NCBI GenBank assembly: GCA_017499595.2 | Contig: CM039002.1 | Span: 3,100,001 to 3,164,000 of the forward strand | Length of the DNA stretch: 64,000 nucleotides | From: Psilocybe cubensis | Lineage: Eukaryota | Reading direction: 5' to 3' | In this document: positions 14,415-27,167 of the stretch, piece after piece | Numbering within the stretch: the first letter of the stretch is position 1 | How the letters are laid out: every line of letters starts with the position of its first letter | Made by a program: the position numbers and the translations under genes | The notes under the pieces: model-generated | Databases searched by the model: none | What the model was told of the DNA's origin: nothing | What the model saw: the letters and a program-made list of their open reading frames with translations, nothing else

Positions 14415-17400
14415 GTAACATTATTCCGTCAGCTTGCTTCAATAGTCATCTAGTCGTGAGTATTTGACCCCACCTACCTCTTTATCTTTGACGCAGAACC
14501 GGTCTTCTCAGTCTTGCAGTCTGTATACGCTACTTGCTTCATTTAAGTATTACTCTATTTGTGTAAATGTTCTCGTCAAAATGTTTTGTTTGATCTATCT
14601 CACGAATATCTGGCAGTTCTCTTCGACACTATGTCATATCTACATCCTGTGACAAATGTCATTGTCTTTCTTGTGGAATGTTGTCTGTTCCCTCGATGAG
14701 AGCCCTGCTTAGACTATTTTATAAATGTGGATGAAGACACACATGTCAATGGGCGGCCGTATGGTAGTGCGCTCTTACCCGGACCTTTCGATTTCGGCAT
14801 TGGCGCAAAGGCTTTTACTATCCCGCGAAATACATCATTACTGGCCGCCGACGATATCTAATCGAAATTAAGTTCGCAGAGTTCGTATACTAAATTCGAC
14901 CTTCTTCAGCCGGCGGCAAGCCGTACTCCACTTAGCCTTACAGGAGAAGTTCAATATCAGGTGCCGTACTTTAGGCCGCCGCGAACCTACCCTATTACAA
15001 AACCAGGAAATACGCGGGACGTATATATCTCTGACGTTTTGATTCGTATTGTTTATTCAGACTCCAGAACCCAGGGTCTTGGCCGCATCCACTGGGCTGT
15101 CGTCGAAAAGTGTTTAACCATAGACAAGCCCTCTGTTCTCGTCGATTCACCAAACTTCGATCATCGATATCAAGACGTTTTTACCACACCGAAATATCGT
15201 ACAGGCTTTATTTCTTGGATTCGGAGCTCCTACAAGGTGCCAGTATATTGGCCTATTTGTGGGTTTTGACACTGAACCGTTCAAACTCCCCCGCTGATCG
15301 TCTTTTTTCTGCACATTTTGATGCTTCTTCCAAATTCAACGGTCGATTTCCGAGTTCCACACTCTGTTATCCGATATCTGAACGAAATACAGTCAACCTC
15401 GGTCATGAGGTCGATCCCACACCGAAGGTCTGGACTACGGTCGACTGATGAAAAATTGGACACACTCAGGTCAATATATACAACTTTGTCATCTTCAAAA
15501 CGCTCGGTGCCGAGGAGCGAGGGATATGCGTTTTGTTCTGTTTTGTGGGGAATTTTTTTCCATGTTTTGTGCATCTGCCGCGCCCCGGCTCTGACGGATG
15601 ACCCAGAGTAGGGTCCTCTGCCTCGTGCATGCGAATGAACCCCTTGGGAAAAGGCATATTTGATCGACGCTTTCAGTTACCTACCATGCTCGTGCCATGT
15701 CTGTGAGTTCCCTTCTGATCATGATCACAGACATAGCGACAACCGAGTGACATTTTGATTGTTTGTGCTCATGAAGCACACGCACGGGCTCGAACACCTG
15801 GGGTACGTGCTTACAGCGGATAGATCGAATGCGTTTATCCGGCTCCATATACCTATGAACAAGGAGGCCTTTCATGTTGTAGCCCCTGCTACCAATTCTC
15901 TCCTGCCCCGGCTAGGAACCGGAAGTTAAGATTCTACTGTAGCGGGCAGTTTAGTCAACTGCGCATTGCTTTAACAAGTATGCCGACGATGCAAAGTTGA
16001 GTTCCTGTAAATTCCACTCCGTCGAGCTTAAAGGCGGCTTTATTCGGGCATGCGAAATTCGCAAAAAATAACTTGTTCTATGAATAGACGGTTTGATCAG
16101 ACTATGATATTCTTTTGAAAGTTTAGGAGTGCTGGGACCGGAAATTCCGATGAGACTAAAAGCTGGACGATCTTGAGAAAACGGATTGTATGGTAATATA
16201 GCCATCTTGGTCTTGCCTTCTTGGAATGACGTCCTTTCTGACGCACTTCTGTCAGTTTGGAATATCTTGGACGGCTTGGGGACAGTAGCCAGCATGGGCA
16301 CAAGCTAAATTGAGGATGTCCTGACCGCAGTGGCACAAGTCTTTGAGAGAAAATGTAAGCGTACCTGCCTTTTCAAGAGTGTGATAGGGTATCTCGACTC
16401 CAAGGCACGGTGCATAGTATACAATGGCATAGGTTTATTCATTCTAATATACCAAACTGACATATGAGGCTGTATGGCGAGTCTAATGCGCCTCTTTCTC
16501 TAATTTCATTTGGAGTAGCGACTCATTGTATTGTGCTCCTCAGATCGCTGATTTGAGTGGCGATACCCGCGAACAGTGCGGTCTATCCAAATGAACATAA
16601 ATTGACAGATATTCAGTGTATGTCATAATCCGCCTTAATCGAACTTCGAATCAACGCATAGAGGACCCTAATATGCTGAGCTTATGGAGAACATGACAAG
16701 CCAGCTCGACAAGTATTTCAGTCGACACCTGAGCTGGCCCATCATCACGAAGAGACACGAAAAGGAAAAGGCAAAGAAAGGTTGGAGCGGGAGGCCGATG
16801 GTTTTTCCACTTACTCCCAAGATATGTTATGTTTGAACTTATGGTGAACAAAAAGGCTTTAGAGAACTATGATTAGACCGGGGAGTGTATTTCCCGACGC
16901 GGCGGTCCTCCCATCATGTGGCATCTGAAGCATTCTGTGTGGCGCAACCTATTCGTAGAGCTGTGTTCTCTCTACTCACGGGCCGTCCTCGGGACCATAG
17001 GCTAGATTGATCATAGGCTTGGTTTACCCTTGCCTGCTTAGGATATTTCTCTGTATGAGTTAGCTTGAGAACTCATTCAATCTTTTAATGTACATACGTT
17101 ATCCTCTCGACGTGTAGACGTCGGATAGGTATGTCAAGGTAAAAAGTTATCATTCAAGTCAGGTGGCGCTTACTATGTTTTTGTTTTTCTCTGACATATT
17201 TCTCAGGATGGCCGTCCTCTCAGTGACCAGAAGACTGCTTGCTGTCTCATGCATAACATCGGTGAAGAAAAAATGGCGGATTGGAAAAATATACGCTGTC
17301 GGCTTGGCTGATTCGTCTGCTGCTGTCTACAATCTCAATGAGGAGCTGGTCTTCGAGCAACTGTCCGACTATCCGGCTCGAAAACGTGAAGCTGTGCTGC

Positions 17401-17886
17401 GATTCGACGAGGTAAAGATAGTCGATGAATGACTTCGGTAACCGCGAATAGTTTTCAGTTAAAGTGCATGCGGTCATTCCCCTTCTCGGAAGCAATCCGT
17501 GGGCGGAGAACAGAATGGCTGTGCCAATTTCTCCGTGTCAGACAAACCTAGAAGAATGTCTATGCAAGCTTAGTCGAGTTTCTACTTACTACGGATGCCA
17601 CTTGAACCGTTCAATTTCCAGCAAACTAGCTCATTGACCTGTGGATCATAGGCTAAAATACAACGGATAAATGGTATTAACGATATCCCTTCATAATAGT
17701 ATCAAAACCTATTACTACTATACCCAAATGGATGCATTTTTGATTAACTTTTAAAAGAACTGTCCCGAGACCGTGCCGCAGTCCTGTTCATAAAAGGATA
17801 CTCATATGGAAATGAGGATCTAAAGGCAGTCGAGAGGCCATTAATTTCTAATTTTTCATGATTATTGAACCTTAATCTCCTAAAGG

Positions 17887-18597
17887 CCGATATCTCCACC
17901 AGGAAAATGGCTGTACTCAGAGTGAAGCGCTCAAAAACTATTTATATCAGAATCGAAAGTTCGGAACCAATAAAATATTGACAAAAGAAACCTAGTTGGT
18001 GGTAAGATTGTCCCAAGATTCTGATTACATAGCTGCACGGATCATAGGAGTAGATTTATGAACTGAAACGACCAGGAGTAAAAACGAAGTAAATGACCCA
18101 AAAATGCATTACCCGTATTTATTGTTATTGTGCCAATTCAATGACAGCAGATAATTGGTTCGAAAAGAAAGAGAAGTTACATTGGATATGATGTATATCT
18201 ATATCACACGTAAGCTGCATATACTGAAGTCAGGTAAAATTCCATCCGGACGTAGTAGGTTGTTAACATACTAAGAAGACTGCTTGGGGATTGTTGGAAT
18301 TGGTTTCAGCATACTTCAGGGTGTTGGATATCAAGACCTAAGAATTGAAGTGATTTACATAGATATAACTCTATCAGAATTTTAATTCTTATGCCGGTAG
18401 GTTACTTCTACCCTTTTCTGAGATGCAGCAAATAGTAGGAGACTGGTGCAACTGGACATGCACGGCAATCAATGAACTGCAAAAAAAACTCCATTGAAGC
18501 AAAAAAAATGAAGCTATTAAGAATAAACTGTGTTAAAAACCGACATCTCCTCCAAGCTGTCGTCCAAGGAAATGGTCACTGAAGCGCTCAAAGCTAT
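17887..18597. repeat. Degenerate dispersed repeats in an AT-rich intergenic region (possible decayed mobile element)
   Basis: CCGAYATCTCCWCCARG...TGAAGCGCTCAAA occurs at 17887-17935 and 18540-18592. GGATCATAGG occurs at 17644 and 18039. Confidence 0.35.
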
Positions 18598-18741
18598 TTT
18601 TAGGACACAATATTTTCGGCAAGACGGCACTAGAAACTCACGTGCCGCGCTGATTAAGCAGATTGCACCCGGCTCTGGCAGACCCTACGCAACTCTCCTC
18701 TGACGTTTGACAACTACACCGCGGATTGAACCACTGGGACA

Positions 18742-19859
18742 ATGTCAAAACATATACTTCCTCATGCTTTACGACTACCGGCAATAGAGAAACTGAAGGG
18801 GAAACGGATTGTGCTAGCCTCTAATAGTCCGCGAAGAAAGGACATTCTCCGCACTTTTGTGCGTGGTCATCAAGGGACTTTCTGATTATCAACTTACATG
18901 GGCCATGACTTTGTCTTGCTATATTTCTCGATTAATTTCTGGGGTCTTGTTGTACTGGAATGAAGGGACTTGAACCCGATATTGTACCTTCTACATTTGA
19001 GGAGAATTTGGATTTTTATCAATTTCCCGATCCTCATGAATACCCGGTGGCAACGGCGACACACAAGGCTGTCGAAGTTTATGAGAAATTGGTGGTAAGT
19101 AAGTCTTGTGCTATGTGGAATACTCTGTAGATTGACAATAACTGAAGCGGGAAGATCCTGATAACGCACCGGATCTAGTTATCGCGGGTTCGTCGAAGTG
19201 TTAAACTGTCCTACAATCCCTGTATAATCGCAGTAATCGCAGCTGACACGGTGGTGCTAACTCATCCCCAACCGGTTACATCTGACATATCGTATTCGAT
19301 GCTTCCTCCAACACCACAAGAGTTACTTGAAAAGCCGACATCGAAGGAGGATAATATGCGTATGTTGTTGGATCTAAATGGGAATGTTTGTGAAGTGGTA
19401 ACAGGTGTTTCTGTCGGTGAGTAATAAAGTTATTACTTCCTTTCACCTGTTTGATGCTCTATTGTGCAGCGTACCCGATTCTTACAGCCCCAGGGTACAA
19501 TATCAAGTGGGCTATATTCTGAAGTTTCTGGCGTCGACATATGTCTAACACTTATATAGATCGATAGACGAACGAACACTTGTCCATTTTGTTGATAGCC
19601 CAAAACATGTTATTGAGGCTTATGTCGACAGTGGAGAGGGTATTGATCGTGCCGGAGGCTTTGCTATCCAGGTCAGCAATTTCTGGTCTCTTTCCATCCT
19701 GCTTGCAAGTTTATTTTGTTTAATTTACAGGGACTTGGTGGAGTCCTAGTGCGTAAGATCGAAGGTGATTATAACAATGTCGTTGGGTTTCCGGCGGCCT
19801 CGTTCTTCACGCTCCTTGATTTACTGGTGGATGAAGATCCAGATTTTTTGGAAGTTTGA
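18742..19859 (+). CDS. Maf/ASMTL-N family nucleoside triphosphate pyrophosphatase (YhdE-like)
   Basis: RIVLASNSPRRKDIL, PSTFEENL, IAADTVV, LEKP, YVDSGEGIDRAGGFAIQG, IEGDYNNVVGFP. Multi-exon. ATG 18742, TGA 19857-19859. Confidence 0.92.
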
Positions 19860-20018
19860 GCTTTGAGATGCCAATATATTGCTCTTTTTCCCCCAGTAGT
19901 TAAATCATATTCCAGAGAATAAAAAGCAGTTGAATACATACATCATGACTTGAACCTTCTATATAATATTGAAATTTCCCTCCACCAAGCCTTGCAGATA
20001 TTGATGTGGATTAAATTG

Positions 20019-20048
20019 ACGCGTCGCGTCGCGTCACAGTTCACGCGT
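20019..20048. promoter_or_regulatory. Cluster of MCB-like (ACGCGT / CGCG) elements upstream of HUS1
   Basis: ACGCGTCGCGTCGCGTC at 20019-20035 and ACGCGT at 20043-20048, about 350 bp upstream of the HUS1 ATG. Confidence 0.5.
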
Positions 20049-20396
20049 TCACGAGCCCGTCGAAAGATCGTGACCGACTCACTTCCCTTGTTCCTAACCA
20101 CTACATACACTACTGCCCCTGCACAGTGTATATTATATTCAGCCCTTCTACTTCTTTTCTTTGTACATACAACTTGAAGCTATTTCAAAGTTGGTGAAAT
20201 CAAGCATACGATTGCTGTACACTCAAGTTTCCTGCAAGTTTCCCGTTGCATTAGGGCAGAAATAGTGTCATCAGACATTCATTTCAAACCAGATTCACAA
20301 CTTGACTCTTTTTTTTGGCTTGACAAGGGGGCGACACATTTTTCCAGGAAACCTTCGAGAGCTTTGGCTTGGTGAAGACAGAAAGATTGCGTCAAC

Positions 20397-21702
20397 ATGC
20401 GGTTCCGCGCCTCGATCACCAATGTCCAAACATTCTTTCGTCAGTAAGCTTGCCGAGTCTATTATCGTTAGGCTAATGTACGAACTGAACTCTGATTTCT
20501 ATCAGGGATTGTACAGGCGATTGAAAAGCTGCAAAAGCGATGTCTGATCAAATTTACAGAGGAGCACATGTGCATTATTTGCAATAACGATGCAAATGAG
20601 GGTGGGATCCAAGTCTGGTCGTGCGTTCTGTCTTCCTCCTTTTGCTGCACCTGGAAAGAGCAGTACCATTTACATTTCAGGAACTATCTACAGGAAAATT
20701 AAGGTCGAAGCCTTGTTTGAGAACTATCGCATCCAGTCCAATGCGAACAACGAAATTACGATGGCGCTAGCGGGCGAAGCCCTCCTCGGTGCACTCAAAT
20801 CTGCCTCATCCTCCGTCCCGTCCACATCCGCTGGGTCGGGGGCAGGCGGAGGCTTAGGGGGTGCGCTGGATGCGGAGGAGATAGTTATGAAGCTGGCGAA
20901 GAAGAATGACCAGGCGCTTCTATCATTTGAGATCAAAGGCATGTCGCGAACGGGGCAGCAGGTCAGGGTAGTGCATGACGTGAAGATTGAGGTGATGAAG
21001 CCGGCGGATGTGGATAAGATGCAGGAGCCTCTGTGTCCTAAAGCTGATGTGAGTTGGCTGCCATTATTTTGGGCGATTTAGCAACGCATTAATACTTTTT
21101 TGTTGATTTTCTTCTGTGAAATTCAGCTGCTTATACTTCTCCCTTCACTGCTCAAGGTCCGCACGATCGTCGAGCGGATGAAGCAGATGTCGGACGTGAT
21201 GGCGTTCCAGGCGAACAACAACAAACGACTTGTGCTTTCTCTCCGGACCGACAGCGTGACCATCGAGACCGAGTGGAAAGACTGCCAAAACCCCGCTGGT
21301 ACGTTGCATGAGTCCGAAATGACGAAGCTTAAGCCCATTTCTAATTTTCTCTCCAGTGGCAGAGCCAGAATCAGAAGACGACGACGATGATGAAGATGAA
21401 GGAAGACGAAATCCTCCAGACCCAGACAAAATGTTTACTGTCCTCATCTCCACGCGTAGCTTTTTGAAGTTTTTGAATAGCCATGTCGTGTCTACAACTA
21501 CAATCGCCTGTAAGTAACCTACACCCTCATCTCTTCATCGTTCTTTTTCATTTTCTCATATTTATTTTGGATATTCCTTGTGCAACCAGCTGTATGCCAA
21601 CATCACTGTGTCATCCTTTATGTGTACATCGGCGATGTGGCTGATGCGGGAGGGGTGTTGACGTTTTACATCCCTGCCATTATTGACGATGAAGGTCGAT
21701 AA
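20397..21702 (+). CDS. HUS1: 9-1-1 checkpoint clamp subunit Hus1/Mec3
   Basis: MRFRASI start, GGIQVWS, LFENYRIQSNANNEITM, VMKLAKKN, VVHDVKIEV, EPLCP, FLKFLNSH and C-terminal VLTFYIPAI match the Hus1 family. ATG 20397, TAA 21700-21702. Confidence 0.92.
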
Positions 21703-22268
21703 CGTCGTCTCTCTCAAAAATGATCGATACTGGAGGAGCATGTTAACTATATTTCTTGGAACTCGCGGACCCGGCGCGGCGTGCAATCATTCTTTCTGGT
21801 TACCGTACTGGAAGAAGACGATGTCGGAAGATGCAACGGGATCTGGCGCCTTGCGTGTAGTGTGCAGGGGTGACGACTTTCGGTTGGGCCACCTCATGTT
21901 GCGCCATACTTCAGGGTTGCTGCAGGTCTGAGGGAGCGGTCTTTTACTGAGGATGTACGGTTCTGGGCCGGGTTTAGTGGGCGCGAAAAGTGGGTTGTAA
22001 AGTTGTGCATATATTTCATATACTAGTTTTGTACGATAGATTAAAGGTAGAAAAAACATTACTGTACATGTTTGAACGAAATTCGAAGATTAGTAGGTTG
22101 GGAGAGTACGACAAGTGAAATTTAGATATGTAATAAATTCTGATTTATCGGAACAAATGAAGAAAAGTGGGGAAAGTAGAACGAAAGATTGTAGAAACAA
22201 AAACAAGAGTGGCAAGGCAGAAATGGAAGGAAACGCATCTGTCGCTTTGCCATTGCATGCCCGTCCTG

Positions 22269-23549
22269 CTATGACGCGACGAAGCAGTTGAACATCGACC
22301 GCCGTCGAACATACTTGCGGTATTGGCGGGCGGGGATATGTAGGTGCTTTGTCACGGACATATGCATCGTCAAAGGCGTGGACATTGGAGCAGGACCAAA
22401 AGCGGTGCCAGTGATGCTGTTCTCGTCCTCTTCAGTAACTAACATCGTATCCTCATTTGCCAAGCCTTGTATGTGATATTGCTCCTGCGGAATACGAACA
22501 AAGGGAGAAAGAAAAAACAAAAGAAGAAAGAAAAACAAGTCAGGAACGGTGTAATTGCTACACAAATACGGATTCTTACCTGCTTCGCCAAAGGGGCTGT
22601 TCTAGGATCGGATGATCGAGGGCAGGGTGTGCGTGGAGGGGGCGTCACATTGGGACTTTGACTCTGAGGCTGAGTAGGAGAGAGGGGCGGCGTCCGATCT
22701 TCGCTTACTTTTGTCCATGTAAACAGCAAGTGTTCGCTATGGTATCGGTCCTGTCTTTGTTCTGTTTCGGGTGTAGTTGTGATGTGATGATCTAGTGGTA
22801 CTTGTGACGACGCTTGTGATTGCGATTGTTGTGGTGGCCGTAATCGTGAGTTGGAATGCAAGGAGGATGTTGATGAAGATGGAGGTTGTGGGTATGGTAA
22901 TGGTTCTGGAGACGTTGTCAGTGACAAAGATGGCGAAAGAAAAGAGTCGTAGTCGTGGTAATCAAGGCTCGATGAAGGAGAATCAGAGAGTGGATATAAT
23001 TGCGAATAAGGATATTCGGAGCTTGGCGGGTGGGTGCATCGTGGTCCCTCTCCATTGTTTGAAAAGCTCGCTTTGGAGCAGTGTGATTTGGGTGAGATGG
23101 GGTTAAACCGATAGTTGTGTTTGAGTTTTAGCTTTGGAGGCTGTTTGGCAATAATTAATGAGGTTGCATTCGTTGAAGAAAGAGACCATAGGACTTACGC
23201 GAGACAACCAGGGCATCCGTGTGATGCCTATATGACTAGAACAAGAACATGCACATCTTGTTCGGAGACCGAGTTGGGCATTTAGATAGATGCGGTGTTC
23301 AACTTCTTTGATCAGCCATCGCGCTGAAGGAAGTGTTGGGTATTGAGTGACGCTGGATTTGGAGTCGGTTTTGATGACATCGGTTGACTCGAAAGAGAAC
23401 TATAATTAGGGACAACATCAGGTTGAGTTGATGCGGGATATTGGGAAAATGTAGCAAATACTAACGGAAGTCGATGGCCTTGGAGAGTGGATTGAGATCC
23501 TGGAAAGTTCAGCATGGGTTGAGGCATTTAGAAGGTTAGCGACGTCCAT
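22269..23549 (-). CDS. Hypothetical Ser/Pro-rich protein, multi-exon (internal structure uncertain)
   Basis: TATAAAAG about 110 bp upstream of ATG 23549 (MDVANLLN). GT-AG introns near 23465-23401, 23198-23141 and 22579-22485, with long open low-complexity exons. One junction could not be phased cleanly. Confidence 0.5.
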
Positions 23550-24075
23550 GGTTAGCGGTTGCTTGAAGCGACTATACGAGGACTGAGCGGTCAGAACAGA
23601 TGATATACACCCGGTGAGATGGAAGGAAAGGAGGTATTCCTAGGAAACGAATGTGCGCTTTTATAGCTGACCGTGCCACCAAGAGGCACTACGTGCGGCT
23701 GTGCAGAGGGGCACTTGTGGCGGACATTGGAAAACAAAGGAAAAAGATTATGAAAGAAATATGGTTAAGAACGGTTGGCATTTGATAAACGATTGCTTGG
23801 ATTGAGTTATTCTTCAAAGGAAGGAAATGAATATTGCTCAACGAAAAGACGAGTTTTGAAATGTTTTATTACACCAACTTTCTGGCTGAGCTCGGGAACC
23901 AGAGCAGAGGGAAGACGATGTACAAATTAATTATCTAGGTGGTCTGGTGAAACAAAGAATATCAGCTTCAGCTTTGGGTTGACACCTGTATGAAATAGAC
24001 GGACCTAAATACCTTCCTCCTTTTCTAGGCGCCATTTCCTTTCACTAAGCTATTCCATTCCCCAACAACTCTGAC

Positions 24076-24540
24076 CTAGACCTTCATAAAAGAGTCCCGC
24101 TTCGATCCAACGACCTTGTATCCTCTCGGTGCCTTCCGCTCTTGCCTCTGCTGCTGCTTGGTCTTCACAAGATGAGTAGGCACGTTCTCGACTTCCACTA
24201 GCTCCTTCACACGTAGAATTTTGCCTGCCACTTCCGGTGAATGGGGAAAGTAGACAGTTTGGAAGCGCCTGTGGATTCCTAGGGCTTTCAGGGTGCCCTT
24301 GATTTTGTCCCCGAGCGAAATTGCAGACCGTCGGAGTGTGATTTTGAAGTGAGTAATCGGAGCGCCTGCCTCGGTGGAGGAAGACTCTTGTGAAGATGAA
24401 GGTGATGACTGCGATGGAGAAGAAGACGTGCTCGACGATGATGAGGCTATTGGGGCCTGCGACGCGGTTGTGAGCATCCGCGATACATTATAACGCGCCG
24501 AGGCGCGTGCAACAGTACGACATGTCATGAACGAAGCCAT
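24076..24540 (-). CDS. MRPL33: Mitochondrial large-subunit ribosomal protein uL30m (MRPL33-like), intronless
   Basis: Arg-rich presequence-like N-terminus and Ser-rich linker, then L30 domain HFKITLRRSAISL...LKALGIHRRFQTVYFPHSPEVAGKILRVKELVEVE. Confidence 0.92.
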   Translation of the reverse strand: MASFMTCRTVARASARYNVSRMLTTASQAPIASSSSSTSSSPSQSSPSSSQESSSTEAGAPITHFKITLRRSAISLGDKIKGTLKALGIHRRFQTVYFPHSPEVAGKILRVKELVEVENVPTHLVKTKQQQRQERKAPRGYKVVGSKRDSFMKV

Positions 24541-25510
24541 TTTGTTTCTGAAGTATCAAGTTAGCCATATTTGGGAATATACAGTGGGATACTGACTCTA
24601 TCCGTTGCATACAACGTTGAACGACGTTTTGGCAATGTTCCAAGCCAAGGGGGTACCGGTCTTCAAAAATCGGACACGACGTTGGTTTTTTCTAGTAATT
24701 ACATAAGCATTTGTTCCTCGCCGACTCAAAATTCATCAACCGACCTTTGCGCTACCTCGGCACACTACTGGAATCAATTGATATCAAGTTAAAATGGCCC
24801 CAAATCGATGAATAAGGACCCCTCATCTGCCGTTAACAGAACACTTATTAACATCTGAACCGAAGAGTAGAAATATGGAAGGGACAGTGTTTATCAACAC
24901 TTTGCATACACATGGATTCATAGTATGTGAAATAAAAAAAAGAGCATTGTATGAAAGATTGAGACTGAAATTTAGATTTAGACTATCTTATGACCATTAC
25001 TTCAAGGTTTTTTCTTTTCAAATTGGGCGTATATGGTGGTACTGCCAACTTGGTATCGTTTGAGCATCAAATGTGTCAAATTACACCATATTTATCGAAA
25101 TTAATATCACAAATATGTCGGCTAATTTGCCCTAATTTGCACCCGATTTTTGCGACCTTGCCTAGGTGGGCTAATTTGCCAACGGACGGAAATTGAAGTT
25201 ATGTTTGACGTTGTTAGGATTCGGTGATATTAGCACTTATTACAAATGAAATAACAATGTTAATACTGGCTTCTTCAATCACTGAACTTGTACTTGATTT
25301 TTACAACAACTTTGAAACTTATCCATGATATCCGCATTTATTCTCAGACTGTAGGATCTATGGACCTATAGGAGTCTGGTGTCTATGTCGTCGGCATAGC
25401 AAAGGTGTGTTTCTGATAGTTTTTTTCATCTCCCTTTTCTGACAAAAAAATCAATGTAAGGGGAACATTTTCTCTCCGGGGCTTTGAGTCCCGGGAACTT
25501 GAGGATACTG

Positions 25511-26106
25511 TAAGATTGGGCTCATCAGGAACCAGCACCCCCTTAGGTAAGCAAAAGTTGGCTTACCTCCGAACCTTTTCAACCCTTCTGCACTCACACT
25601 ATTCTACATTTTTGAACCACAGATATGTAGGTTATGCTTCTTTGAACACATCTGTGGTTTTTTTTTTCAAAAAAATTTTGATCTCAAGAAGTTATAAAGA
25701 TTTTAATTTTTTTCCTTTTTTTTTAGTCTAACACGTCAGAAATGGTGTTTTCTCGAGTTTGGGAGATTTTCGAAAATTTGACAATGTTCTTTTGGCCGCT
25801 TATATAATGGTACACGTGACCACACGTGACAATAAGTCACGCCTAAGTAATACCTCTCAGACTCATTATGGACTTCCAGAGACTACAATTTGACCTCTGA
25901 GGTGTAATTCTATTATTGTGGGCATAAAGGCTAGTAGTAAGGATTGTATATGCACATTTATGAATTTTTTTTTTTTAAACTTTTTGTCTGAAACCATTTT
26001 CCGTCAACATAACTTTTGATTTTTTTTTCGAGCTGGATTTTGGCCGCTCTTGGCGCCAAGCCCATTGATTACGTAAGGGTGCTGGTTTCTGATGAGCCCA
26101 ATCTTA
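25511..26106. mobile_element. Non-autonomous TIR element (MITE-like, ~596 bp) with candidate TA target-site duplication
   Basis: Left end TAAGATTGGGCTCATCAGGAACCAGCACCC (25511-25540) matches the reverse complement of 26077-26106 at 29/30 nt. The interior is AT-rich, poly-T-laden and non-coding. Confidence 0.75.
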
Positions 26107-27167
26107 ATGTTGTCTGAGCTCAGTCCACCGCTTCTATAAACCGGTTCACTTTGACTTTGGGGCGCAATTTCCTCATTGGAAGATACACATTCGTTGAACA
26201 ATGTGGTGAAGTGCTTCATGAATCTTCTCAAGATTAAACACCGAGTCTGGACCTTGACTCTTCTTCCAAGTTCACTCTCATTCTCTGAAGGTGACATCTG
26301 GAGTCTGTCTGGGCGCCGGTCCGATAAAAGTATCCCATCTAACACGTCTGCCTGACGGGACTGTTAAAAAATTCTCTCGTTGTGTCATTTCGACTTCTTG
26401 ATCCCTTCAATGACAAGCTCCTCAGTGTCGGTACGATCCTCGACTACGATGTCGCTGTAACACGATCGGAGCGCGATTTAAGCCTATTTATTCGACGAAT
26501 TTCAGGTAAGAAAATTCAACATCTTCTCAACTCGTTGTGGGTTGATTTTGCCCGGATAAATGTCGCGTGCTCTATTCTTATCATGTCCCATATATCTTTG
26601 AATGTCAATCAGTGACGTTTGTGTTGGGTCGTTCTTTCCATCTTCTGTATGCCACTTGTTTCTGTTTGGTTGGTTGATGTTGGTGTAAACTTGCCGCTTC
26701 TCCCTCCATCTGCACATGGATTTGAGAGCACTATCTCAGCATTAATACCATAGATCTAGCTTTTATTTGTGTAATAAATGTGAACTTGGCGGAAAACAAA
26801 AGGCAAAATTCTTCCTTTTTGGGGTAGCTTCACCACTTCTCTTATCCCACCCACCACAAACTGCAGAAATGGAGTGCTGTCTCTTGTGAATGGCCTCCTT
26901 TCTCACTGATTATATCCAGCCAAATGTCTTCTTCAATATTGTGCATTCTCAGAAGGCTCTCAGCACGCATTTGTGGTGGTTCAAGTTCATCGGATAATCT
27001 CTTGTCTCAAGTTGTTCACTGTCTCTCTTGTTCTTGTTGCTCGTCGAGCACAGGCTAAGGAAGCCGGTAAGAACCTGAAAACAACCCTTTTATGAATTCT
27101 GGAACTCCAATTTAGCAGGTGGAACTCTAGCGTGCATTGATAGAGCGCTAATACAACATTTGTCGAC

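Noticed and set aside
14961-17495. Protein-like ORF fragments (14961-15269, 15951-16301, 17247-17495)
   Set aside because: Unrecognised and discontinuous; may be relics but cannot be supported without a search.
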